DNA of 64,000 nt from Candidatus Saccharimonadales bacterium (GCA_038317055.1 JBBQBA010000001.1:408153-472152); one strand, 5' to 3'; numbered from the stretch's first letter, positions 47,339 through 56,175 are shown. Program-made: numbers and translations. Notes: generated by a model from the sequence alone, not told the origin.

Positions 47339-47369
47339 AATACCACTTTTGTGGTATTATTTATTTATT
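47339..47369 (+). terminator. Hairpin plus T-rich tail downstream of the hydrolase gene
   Basis: aataccac-tttt-gtggtatt followed by atttatttatt. Confidence 0.4.
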
Positions 47370-47383
47370 GAAAGAAAACAAAA

Positions 47384-47875
47384 ATGTCAGAAGAATTACC
47401 AACTCCGGATTTTGCAGGTATATTTGTTGTGGATGCTGATATAACCGGCCCATGGCATTACTCCCCTGATGTAATAGATCGGTTTACAGATGAGAAAGCT
47501 TCTGGAGTAAAGGGTAAGTTTGGGGCCGGGACATACTTAGGCGTTGGCGAACTGTCTGGAGAAACAGTGGATATTCTAAAGGCTAGCGGAAGTGTTAAGC
47601 ACGATGTAGCCTTGCGAGGTAACTTGCTTGTCGTGGATCGCTCTGACGTTAGGGATATAGATGCCAAACTAAAGAGACGGCACGGTTTACCTGAACCTAG
47701 GTTCAAAACCACCATAAACAATGCGGACTTAACTGGTCTGGTTGAGGATATGAAAATCGAGGGCAACTCAGTAGACGCAATCATGGTATATATGGATACA
47801 GAGAGAACGGCAGCTGAAATAGTGGTCTTGCCTGATCACGCCGAAAACCTAGTTGTAGTGGGTAGCAGCACCTGA
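47384..47875 (+). CDS. Hypothetical protein (possible paralog A)
   Basis: 163 aa, no TM or signal peptide. Shares GxW(H)Y/F-SPD...RF with the next gene (GPWHYSPDVIDRF vs GQWFSPDLESVLRF). Confidence 0.4.
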   Translation: MSEELPTPDFAGIFVVDADITGPWHYSPDVIDRFTDEKASGVKGKFGAGTYLGVGELSGETVDILKASGSVKHDVALRGNLLVVDRSDVRDIDAKLKRRHGLPEPRFKTTINNADLTGLVEDMKIEGNSVDAIMVYMDTERTAAEIVVLPDHAENLVVVGSST

Positions 47876-47930
47876 CTCTTCGGAACAACAAAATAGTTCC
47901 ACACCTGTTCAGCTAGGGGCCGCCATGTAA

Positions 47931-47959
47931 TTGACATACTACCAAATATATGGTAGTAT
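47931..47959 (+). promoter_or_regulatory. Sigma-70-type promoter overlapped by a 9-bp inverted repeat
   Basis: TTGACA (47931-36), 17 nt, TAGTAT (47954-59). The inverted repeat atactacca-N6-tggtagtat (47936..47959) spans the spacer and the -10 element. Confidence 0.45.
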
Positions 47960-47984
47960 TTTTATGTAAAGTGAAAATATAAAA

Positions 47985-48434
47985 ATGACAGAAACCATAC
48001 AACCTATCCCGGACAAAAATACTATAGCAATGTATAGGGTAGAAAACCCAAACATTCCAGCGACTCCAGATGGTGTTGTATCGCACGGAGAAATTGTAGG
48101 ACAATGGTTCAGTCCAGATCTTGAGTCAGTCCTACGTTTTTTAAGAAAATCTAGCCGAAGAAACGGTAAAATAATCGACGGTACTCAATTAGTCATCGCA
48201 CATGTACCTAAAGAAGATGTCGAAAAATTTCATGTATCTAAGCATATAGTTGCTTCTGAAATGGATGTAGAACCAGATAATTACATTATACCTCGTGATG
48301 GTGTAGTGCCAATGGATATGATTCCATTAGATGAAACGCTCGGTGAACTTAAGGGGAACTTAGCCATCGTACGAAATTCAATGGAAGCAAAACAAAGAGT
48401 TATGGCACTAGTTGGCGTTACCGCAGTAAAATAA
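47985..48434 (+). CDS. Hypothetical protein (possible paralog B)
   Basis: 149 aa, soluble. Motifs AMYRVE, SHGEIVGQWFSPD and EMDVEPDNYIIP. No confident family assignment. Confidence 0.4.
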   Translation: MTETIQPIPDKNTIAMYRVENPNIPATPDGVVSHGEIVGQWFSPDLESVLRFLRKSSRRNGKIIDGTQLVIAHVPKEDVEKFHVSKHIVASEMDVEPDNYIIPRDGVVPMDMIPLDETLGELKGNLAIVRNSMEAKQRVMALVGVTAVK

Positions 48435-48486
48435 ATATAATCGTATTACTTTTGTTTTAAGCTTAATTACTTTATTCTTAAGTAAA

Positions 48487-50196
48487 GTGAAAAAAAGATA
48501 TGTGATTTTTGTTATTTTAGTAATAGTAGCTACTCTGGCTATTATCGCCGGCGGTATTCTAATTGATCTGCAAGTTAAACAGCATCTGACTGCAAATTTG
48601 ATTGGTGACTATGCCTCGCAAGAACATACTATTGGTGATGAAGTATCCCAATCTCTTAATTTACGTATCCAAAACATAGAAAACTCACTAACCGCAGTTT
48701 CACTTGATCCTAGCATTCAAAGTAGTAATCCAGCTATTTGTAATCCGGCACTTCAAAACTACTACACGAATCTTAATTTGGGTATAGGTAATTTAGGTAG
48801 GGTAAATACCAACGGGGTATTTTATTGTGTTGTTAATAAGGCTTTACTTAATAAATCTGCCTTTGCGCTTGGACCATATCTACACACTCTATTTAGTGAC
48901 CCAAAGCATCAACCAGTATTAAGTCGTCAGATAAAGGTTCCAAATGTGTCAGGTTATATAACGGCGTTACATGTTCCAGTGTTTAGTCCAACACACCAAT
49001 TTTTAGGCAGTATTGGCGGTGCTATTTATCAAAAACAACTAGCTTCTAGTTATTTAAGTAAAATCAAGTTTGCATCTACCGGTTGGGTAAGTCTACAAGA
49101 CGACAATGGTGACATTTTATATGGTCATAGCCCAAAGAATATTGGTAAAAATTATTTTTCTCCTGCAATTCAAAATCAAACCGGAAACTTAACCGAATTA
49201 AACAGGGGTATTCTAGCTGCTCATAATGGTAAGACCTCAACCGTTGTATATACACTTAAGGGAGTTAAAAAGATTGCCGCAGTAACTCCAGTCGACGTAA
49301 CAGCAGGTCATAGATGGGTGGTTATTGTAAGTGTGCCGGAAAGTGAAATAGCTGCAACTATAATTCATTCAGGTATAAACAATGCGTTTAATATTATTTT
49401 CATAGTCTTTGGTGTTGCTTTGGTATTCGCATCAACTCTACTCATCATTACTGGCTATACTTCCTATAAACTTCAACTTGCTAAGGACCAGTTTGTTTCA
49501 TTAGTTTCACATCAGCTGAGAACTCCCCTTACTTCTATCAGATTATTTGGGGAGATGTTATTAGATCCAGAAGTTGGTCCATTAAACGCCAAACAAAAAG
49601 ATTATGCTCAGAAAATCCACCTATCTTGTGTACGAATGATCAGTCTAGTCGGAGACATATTAAATGTTTCACGAATCGAACTTGGGCGATTGAAAATAGA
49701 ATTAAAAAAGACAGATCTCGAAGAATTAATCGCTTCAAAAGTAGATGAAATTCAGCCACTTGCCGACGAACGAGGTGTGAAACTAATTGTGAATATGCCA
49801 AAAACCAAAGTTAATCTAAAGCTAGATCAAACTTTGTTTGGACAAGTTATCCATAATTTACTAACTAACTCTATTCGCTATTCACCCGAAAAAACCGGGG
49901 AAATCGAAATTAGTTTGAAAAAACAACGAAGTGCATGGTTAGTAATGGTTAAGGATAATGGCATAGGTATACCCGTTAAAGACCGTAAAAAAGTATTCAA
50001 ACGTTTTTATAGATCAGAAAATGCAGTAAAAACCGTTGGGGATGGTACTGGTTTGGGATTATATCTTGTTCGCATGATTATGCTAGCTACGGGCGGTGAT
50101 GTATGGTTCGATAGTGTGATCAATCAAGGCACCACTTTCTATGTTAAAATACCCCTAAAGGGAATGATACCTAAAAAGGGGATGAATAAAATATAA
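48487..50196 (+). CDS. Sensor histidine kinase with extracytoplasmic Cache-like domain
   Basis: 569 aa, GTG start. TM1, a ~270-aa periplasmic-type domain, TM2, then HisKA H-box FVSLVSHQLRTPLTS and HATPase N/G boxes (LLTNSIRYSP, DNGIGIP, GTGLGLYLV). Confidence 0.85.
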   Translation: MKKRYVIFVILVIVATLAIIAGGILIDLQVKQHLTANLIGDYASQEHTIGDEVSQSLNLRIQNIENSLTAVSLDPSIQSSNPAICNPALQNYYTNLNLGIGNLGRVNTNGVFYCVVNKALLNKSAFALGPYLHTLFSDPKHQPVLSRQIKVPNVSGYITALHVPVFSPTHQFLGSIGGAIYQKQLASSYLSKIKFASTGWVSLQDDNGDILYGHSPKNIGKNYFSPAIQNQTGNLTELNRGILAAHNGKTSTVVYTLKGVKKIAAVTPVDVTAGHRWVVIVSVPESEIAATIIHSGINNAFNIIFIVFGVALVFASTLLIITGYTSYKLQLAKDQFVSLVSHQLRTPLTSIRLFGEMLLDPEVGPLNAKQKDYAQKIHLSCVRMISLVGDILNVSRIELGRLKIELKKTDLEELIASKVDEIQPLADERGVKLIVNMPKTKVNLKLDQTLFGQVIHNLLTNSIRYSPEKTGEIEISLKKQRSAWLVMVKDNGIGIPVKDRKKVFKRFYRSENAVKTVGDGTGLGLYLVRMIMLATGGDVWFDSVINQGTTFYVKIPLKGMIPKKGMNKI

Positions 50197-50576
50197 TGGC
50201 AGACATTAAAAAGAAGATAGTTGTTGCAGATGATGAAAAATTTATCGCAACAGCATATAGCGACGGCTTGAGTAGGGCTGGGTTTGATATTACTGTTGCT
50301 CATGACGGCGAGGAAGCATATAGAAAAATCGAAGAAACCAGACCTGATCTTGTTCTTCTCGATCTAATAATGCCTAAGCAAAATGGTTTTGAAGTATTAA
50401 AGAAATTAAAAGCTAACAATGAACTTAAGAGCATACCCGTTGCAATAATGTCTAATCTTAGCCAGGAAACCGATGAGACTGAAGCTAAAAAGCTCGGTGC
50501 AATACAGTTTATCGTTAAATCAGACATCTCTTTACAAGAATTAATAGAGAAAATTAAAAAAATCTTTGCGAGCTAG
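50196..50576 (+). CDS. Single-domain response regulator (receiver only, CheY-like)
   Basis: 126 aa. VVADDE..., phospho-acceptor context DLVLLDLIMPKQNGFEVL, and conserved Ser/Lys regions. No output domain. The start overlaps the kinase stop (ATAATG). Confidence 0.85.
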   Translation: MADIKKKIVVADDEKFIATAYSDGLSRAGFDITVAHDGEEAYRKIEETRPDLVLLDLIMPKQNGFEVLKKLKANNELKSIPVAIMSNLSQETDETEAKKLGAIQFIVKSDISLQELIEKIKKIFAS

Positions 50577-50584
50577 GTCTAGAA

Positions 50585-52303
50585 ATGGTGGGTGAGGGGC
50601 AACTATCAGTAGAGGATTACCGACAAATATTTGTTGATCGTTCTAATCTATTAAATATTGAAGATTTTAACCATATTGTGACATTGTCACATAAGAATAA
50701 TCGTCCTCTTGAACCATTACTTGTAGAAAAATCATTTATATCACCAGTTCAGTATCTTCAATTAAGTTCTGCATATTTTGGTGTTCAATCAACCAATCTA
50801 AGGCAAAAAGACATTAATCCTGAAGCGCTAAGTTTTCTTGATCAAAACGAAGCCTTAAGACTACTAGCTATTCCTTTTGACTTCGACGATAAATCAATAA
50901 AAATTGCAATCGTAAATCCAAAAAATAAGGAAGTTATAGAAAAATTACACAATAATAATCAACTAGATATCAATTTTTATATAACTACAGAACAAGCAAT
51001 TAGACGTGCATTAATTTTATATGATTCAAATATTGATGATATTCTTAAAAAAGCTTTAGTTTTAGCTCCAGGTGAGGCAACTAATCCAGCTAGTCCACAA
51101 CTCGCTTTAAGTATTATTGAAGCGGCTGTAATGGCACAAGCATCAGATGTCCATATAGAACCATATGATGATACGGTTCTAATTAGAATTCGAGTAGATG
51201 GACTTTTAAAACAAATTGCTTCTATTCCGGTGGCGTTATTCCCAGAACTAGTTACCAATCTAAAAATTAAAGCAGCACTTCGAATTGATCAATCACGATT
51301 ACCACAAGATGGTCGGTTTAGTCTAGACATTAAAGGCCAAGAAGTTAATATAAGAATTTCTTTAGTTCCTTCGCTTTGGGGCGAAAAAATAGTCATGAGA
51401 GTTTTATTAAAAGAAGCTCATTTATTTGATTTATCTAGTCTTGGTCTTCTTGATAGTGATCTTGAGCTAGTCAGAAAAAATATAAAACGACCATTTGGTA
51501 TGATTCTCGTTTGCGGGCCAACTGGTTCAGGAAAGACAACTACTCTCTACGCATTTTTGCAGGAAATCGGTATGGAAAAAGTAAATGTAGTTAACATTTC
51601 AACTATTGAGGATCCAATCGAATATACAATCCCACGGGTAACCCAAATTCAGACTCAACCAGATATAAACTTGTCATTTGCCAGTGGGCTTAGGGCATTA
51701 CTTCGTCAAGACCCAGACATAATTATGGTTGGCGAAGTTAGAGATGAAGAAACCGCTGATATATCCGTAAGAGCTGCTCTCGTTGGTCGGCTTGTTATTA
51801 CTTCAATCCATACCAATGATGCACTGGGTGCAATCCCACGACTACTTGATATGGGTATAGAACCGTACTTATTGTCTTCAACAATTCAATTAGTAGTAGC
51901 ACAGCGTTTGGCACGGAAATTGTGTACTTTTTGTCGTCAAAGTCACCAATTAGATGAAGAGTCTCTAAAATCATTAAAAGAACACAATGATATAGAATCG
52001 ATGTTAAAAACATTAGAAAGAACTGGTATTACCAGCGAAAAAGATCCGCTAAATCTAAGATTCTTCAAAGCTGTAGGTTGTGATAAGTGCGATAATACAG
52101 GCTACATTGGCAGGGTTGGAATATATGAAGTGCTCGAAATTTCTGATCAACTAAGAAGTAATATAAATTCTCATGCTAACAGTGATGTCCTCAGAAAAAC
52201 CGCAATTGAGAATGGTATGAAGACAATGTTTGAAGATGGTTTCGCAAAAGTTATCTTAGGTATAATTGATTTGAATGAACTAATTCGAGTAGTTTATCAG
52301 TAG
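50585..52303 (+). CDS. Second PilB/GspE-family secretion ATPase
   Basis: 572 aa. GspE N-terminal domain, Walker A GPTGSGKTT, IIMVGEVRDEET and GRLVITSIHTND. An intact tetracysteine motif CTFC...CDKC precedes GYIGRVGIYEV. Confidence 0.85.
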   Translation: MVGEGQLSVEDYRQIFVDRSNLLNIEDFNHIVTLSHKNNRPLEPLLVEKSFISPVQYLQLSSAYFGVQSTNLRQKDINPEALSFLDQNEALRLLAIPFDFDDKSIKIAIVNPKNKEVIEKLHNNNQLDINFYITTEQAIRRALILYDSNIDDILKKALVLAPGEATNPASPQLALSIIEAAVMAQASDVHIEPYDDTVLIRIRVDGLLKQIASIPVALFPELVTNLKIKAALRIDQSRLPQDGRFSLDIKGQEVNIRISLVPSLWGEKIVMRVLLKEAHLFDLSSLGLLDSDLELVRKNIKRPFGMILVCGPTGSGKTTTLYAFLQEIGMEKVNVVNISTIEDPIEYTIPRVTQIQTQPDINLSFASGLRALLRQDPDIIMVGEVRDEETADISVRAALVGRLVITSIHTNDALGAIPRLLDMGIEPYLLSSTIQLVVAQRLARKLCTFCRQSHQLDEESLKSLKEHNDIESMLKTLERTGITSEKDPLNLRFFKAVGCDKCDNTGYIGRVGIYEVLEISDQLRSNINSHANSDVLRKTAIENGMKTMFEDGFAKVILGIIDLNELIRVVYQ

Positions 52304-52368
52304 AAAATATACTGAATAAATAATTGTATTAACAGATAATTAACAGAGGCAACCAAGAAACCACCAAT

Positions 52369-52397
52369 TTGACAAAGCATCAAACTTATGCTAAGCT
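52369..52397 (+). promoter_or_regulatory. Sigma-70-type promoter placing the TSS at or next to the 52404 start codon
   Basis: TTGACA (52369-74), 17 nt, TAAGCT (52392-97). The ATG is 6 nt further on and there is no SD. Confidence 0.4.
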
Positions 52398-52403
52398 GAT
52401 TGC

Positions 52404-52739
52404 ATGAAAGAAATACAAAGAACTATGCTAGACGAAGCAGCAGAACAAGATGATTTATCGAGCGCTGCTTTTGACAGAATTTACGGCAAAGGTAGTGGCA
52501 AAACTAGAGACTGGGCTAAAGTAAAACCTAGTCCTAACTTACCTGTGAACAAATTAGGTGACGTAGTTGCTACAGAAGCAGAAGATGCTGCGATGGATAA
52601 AGCATTTAAAGACTTAGGTTATGAAATGACAGATCCAACAGGGGACGTAATTGGTATAGGTCATCTTGCATTAGATGAATTTGGTGTTCAAATTTCTGAA
52701 GGTGCAGAAGAGATGCTTAGACACCCTGACAATAAATAA
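52404..52739 (+). CDS. Small acidic hypothetical protein
   Basis: 111 aa, D/E-rich, no TM. ORF with its own promoter-like element. Confidence 0.4.
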   Translation: MKEIQRTMLDEAAEQDDLSSAAFDRIYGKGSGKTRDWAKVKPSPNLPVNKLGDVVATEAEDAAMDKAFKDLGYEMTDPTGDVIGIGHLALDEFGVQISEGAEEMLRHPDNK

Positions 52740-52832
52740 ATTTTATATACTAATATATTTAGCCACCCCAGTAGCTTAACTTAAACAGTAATTCTTGCAA
52801 TTAAACTGTGAGATAATTATGCTTAAGGCTAT

Positions 52833-53351
52833 ATGGACGATAAGAATAAACAACCTAAAATCCCAGATAAGACCAATAAGGGTGATGAGAAAGAACTTGT
52901 CTTAGATTCTATTACTGACCCCCAAGCGCTTAACATTGTTCAGACTATTCCAAAACAACCTGGATTTAATGATGGAGTAGTAGTGAATCCAACTAATTCG
53001 ACTCCTAAAGTATCTGTTAAAAATATCACCGCCCCCGAAGTAAAACCTAATATCGTTCAAAATAAACCTGCAGAAGTTAAGACCGCCGCACAGGTTGGAA
53101 CAGGTGCCACAGTACCTTTAAATAAGAAAATAATGCCCAAGGAAACCCCAAAAGGACCGATAAAATTTAGTGCATATAGCGAAGCACTTAGAACATATAA
53201 TAAAAAAGTCTCATTTGAAAAAGTAACACTAAGTATTATAGTTTTGGCGCTAGCTGGAGTTATTTATTATTATGGTTTTTATCATCCAATCGGCTTATAT
53301 TCTAGTTTTCTTGTCATTATCAGGGGTGTGGTTCATTTAGTTCACTTATAG
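52833..53351 (+). CDS. Hypothetical protein with C-terminal membrane anchor
   Basis: 172 aa. K/P/N-rich N-terminal part and hydrophobic C-terminus (LSIIVLALAGVIYYYGFY...FLVIIRGVV). Confidence 0.4.
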   Translation: MDDKNKQPKIPDKTNKGDEKELVLDSITDPQALNIVQTIPKQPGFNDGVVVNPTNSTPKVSVKNITAPEVKPNIVQNKPAEVKTAAQVGTGATVPLNKKIMPKETPKGPIKFSAYSEALRTYNKKVSFEKVTLSIIVLALAGVIYYYGFYHPIGLYSSFLVIIRGVVHLVHL

Positions 53352-53449
53352 TGTTTTGTATCAGTTGTTTTGCATAAATGTTATAATGACTTCAATTATT
53401 GTTCATAAGACTTTCGAATAAATTAACAATCACGAGCAGTTATTATTTT

Positions 53450-53806
53450 ATGGCTACAGAAAAAAAATATTTCCACGACAAACTAATTTTACTAATTCTC
53501 AGTGCAAACGCTTTTTTAGCCATCCTTAGTGCAATATTGTTACTTTTAAGACTTGGTAGCAGTAGCCCTAACTATCATATTATTCAATACCGATCGGATC
53601 TAGGACTGAGTGCTTTCAAAAATGGAACATCTACATCTCTTTATGCATTTATAATATTTATTTGGGTCACATTAATTATTAATGCAGTGCTAAGTTATAA
53701 GACCTATCACGTTAGAAGAGACTTCTCGATTGTTATTTTGGGCTTAGGACTACTTTTAATAGTTCTCTCAATGATTGTAAGTAACGCACTAATTGTTCTC
53801 CCATAA
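53450..53806 (+). CDS. Small 3-4 TM membrane protein, translationally coupled to the GT2 gene
   Basis: ATG at 53450 is preferred over the listed TTG at 53399, because tgttataat at 53379-87 would put the TSS after the TTG. Its stop overlaps the next ATG (TAATG). Confidence 0.4.
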   Translation: MATEKKYFHDKLILLILSANAFLAILSAILLLLRLGSSSPNYHIIQYRSDLGLSAFKNGTSTSLYAFIIFIWVTLIINAVLSYKTYHVRRDFSIVILGLGLLLIVLSMIVSNALIVLP

Positions 53807-55425
53807 TGAATAAAGAGGAACTTGAAATACCATTTCCTAAAGATAGGGGATTCCGTTACAGATTATTTGAGATTCTTCCGGGTGCTATTAGCTGGACGGT
53901 ATTAATTTTACCTTTCGTACTAAGTGTAATTAGCCCATTCCTGACAGTATTTTTTATTCTTGGCTATCTTCTACTTTGGTTAACTAAGTCTGTTGGTTTA
54001 GATATTAGAGCAGTTCAAGGTTTTAAAACCATTAAGCTACAGAAAAAACTACCTTGGCTTGATATGTTAGACGATGTAGAAACAGGAACTCTTAATACCC
54101 TAGGTATGCCAAAATGGCATGCAAATAACCTCAAGAGAATCGCAGAGACACCCGTTCCAATTAAGCCAAAGAACGTAATACAAGCACTAGTTTTAGCTAC
54201 ATATAATGAAAGTAGGGCTGTAGTTGAACCTACTATAAAAACTATCCTTGATTCTAAATATGATATGAAAAGGGTAATTTTAGTAATTGCTTATGAAGAA
54301 AGAGGTGGACCCGATAAAGAACAACAGGTAAAAGATCTTATTAAACAGTATGGTAACAATTTTATGTATGCAGTTGGCGTAAAGCACCCTAAAGATATAC
54401 CTGGCGAAATAATAGGTAAGGGTGGTAATATAACTTTTGCCGGAAGAGTATTAGCAAAATACATTCAGGATAAAAAAATTGATCCTCTCAATGTACTAGT
54501 TACCACTTTGGATGCAGATAATCGGCCACATAAGAATTATTTAGCCGGTCTTAATTATGTTTATTCAGTATGCCACGATCCTGTAAATACATCCTTTCAA
54601 CCAGTACCTATGTTTACTAATAATATTTGGGATGCACCAGCACCGATGCGAGTCATTGCCACTGGTAACTCCTTTTGGATGGTAGTAAGTAGTATGAGAC
54701 CTCATGCACTCAGAAATTTCTCAGCTCATGCTCAAAGCCTGCAAACACTTATCGATACAGATTTTTGGAGTGTTCGATCAATTGTTGAGGATGGACATCA
54801 ATTCTGGCGAACCTATTTTCGTTATGAGGGAAATCACCAAGTATTTCCAATTTATTTGCCAATTTACCAAGATGCAGTTCTCGCAAATGGTTATAGAAGG
54901 ACTCTTAAAGCTCAGTTCATCCAACTTCGAAGGTGGGCTTGGGGTGCTTCAGATGTAGCTTACGTTGCGGAGATGGGATTCTTTAGAAAGAATAATGTTA
55001 AAAAAAGTAGCCTAATATTTAAGTTTTTACAACTGTTAGAAGGCCATATCAGTTGGGCTACTGCACCGTTATTACTGGCGTTTTCGGCTTTTATACCAGC
55101 ATTTTTTAACCCTCAAAACTATTCTGCCAATCTGTTACCGATTATTGTAAGTCGAGTTCAGACAATTGCACTGGCTGGTATCTTTGTAACTTTGTTCTTT
55201 AGTCTTAGTACGCTACCGCCGCGACCACAGCACTACAAGCGCCGTAGGACCTTCCTTATGGTAATTCAGTGGGTATATTTACCAATTACCACGATTCTAT
55301 ATAACGCACTTGCAGGGCTCTACTCGCAGACCAGACTAATGCTAGGTAAATACATAGATAACTTCGATGTTACAGAAAAAGCAGTTGTATCGGATGTAGG
55401 CAAAGAGATAAATAGTTCTAGCTAA
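53806..55425 (+). CDS. Membrane-embedded family-2 glycosyltransferase (processive synthase type)
   Basis: 539 aa. N- and C-terminal TM bundles. LATYNE, TTLDADN (DxD), VEDG (ED) and QLRRWAWG (QxxRW) make up the D,D,D,QxxRW signature. Confidence 0.75.
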   Translation: MNKEELEIPFPKDRGFRYRLFEILPGAISWTVLILPFVLSVISPFLTVFFILGYLLLWLTKSVGLDIRAVQGFKTIKLQKKLPWLDMLDDVETGTLNTLGMPKWHANNLKRIAETPVPIKPKNVIQALVLATYNESRAVVEPTIKTILDSKYDMKRVILVIAYEERGGPDKEQQVKDLIKQYGNNFMYAVGVKHPKDIPGEIIGKGGNITFAGRVLAKYIQDKKIDPLNVLVTTLDADNRPHKNYLAGLNYVYSVCHDPVNTSFQPVPMFTNNIWDAPAPMRVIATGNSFWMVVSSMRPHALRNFSAHAQSLQTLIDTDFWSVRSIVEDGHQFWRTYFRYEGNHQVFPIYLPIYQDAVLANGYRRTLKAQFIQLRRWAWGASDVAYVAEMGFFRKNNVKKSSLIFKFLQLLEGHISWATAPLLLAFSAFIPAFFNPQNYSANLLPIIVSRVQTIALAGIFVTLFFSLSTLPPRPQHYKRRRTFLMVIQWVYLPITTILYNALAGLYSQTRLMLGKYIDNFDVTEKAVVSDVGKEINSSS

Positions 55426-55825
55426 CAGGGTAATAAGCTTTGTAGTGAACCGCAGCAGGCTTATCAAATTTGGTTAATACCTTAACGGAAGTATTAATAA
55501 GCGTAGATCGGTCAATCAGAGGCGTTTTAAGCGACTTCAAGATGTTTGACATAATTGTATCGGTAATTGCCACTGCATCGTTTATAGCGTCTTTTCTGTG
55601 TCCTAGGCTGTCATAGATACTAAGCAATAGTTTTTCTTTTAAAAACTCCTCAACTTTACCAGTTTTGGTACTGACTAAGAGCGAGCTAGAGAAGTTAATC
55701 CGCTCAATTGTAGTTATAATATTTTTACAATTCGGACATTTTCTACGTCGCCACACCTGTTTAAGTCGTGTTTGACCCCTAGAATTAACTACATTAGTTT
55801 TTGATCCGCAATATATACATACCAT
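55418..55825 (-). CDS. nrdR: Transcriptional repressor NrdR
   Basis: Zinc ribbon CIYCGSKTNVVNSRGQ...RRRKCPNCKNIITTIER followed by an ATP-cone-like segment (KTGKVEEFLKEKLLLSI). 135 aa. Confidence 0.75.
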   Translation of the reverse strand: MVCIYCGSKTNVVNSRGQTRLKQVWRRRKCPNCKNIITTIERINFSSSLLVSTKTGKVEEFLKEKLLLSIYDSLGHRKDAINDAVAITDTIMSNILKSLKTPLIDRSTLINTSVKVLTKFDKPAAVHYKAYYPVS

Positions 55826-56175
55826 GTCTACATATTGACATAACCCTAGAAAAGATCCTAGTGTATAAAAGCCTAAAACTGTGGATTTAGGCCTATCTAT
55901 ATATAACTTACTGTCTAAAAAGCTATTTAGCTGTAGATACTCTTGCTCGACGAATTCGTCTAACAGGGGTAGAGTTAGTTAAAAGCTCTTCATAAAACAG
56001 TTGAAACTTATCAAGCGAACCTGAAATAGTGGTACTCAAATAGAGTGCCTCCCGTTTAACTTGGTTATACTAATATAAAGGAGCATCTAAGTCAATGGTC
56101 TAACAGGTTAATGCTTAATTATTTACTTGCGAACAACAGATTAATTAAGTATAGTTTTGACTTGTTGTAATTGTA

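Noticed and set aside
55923-56052. Small minus-strand ORF with a strong GGAGG SD and TTG start (56039) upstream of nrdR
   Set aside because: On careful recount it terminates after about 21 codons (…YEELFN*). It is too short and featureless to call.
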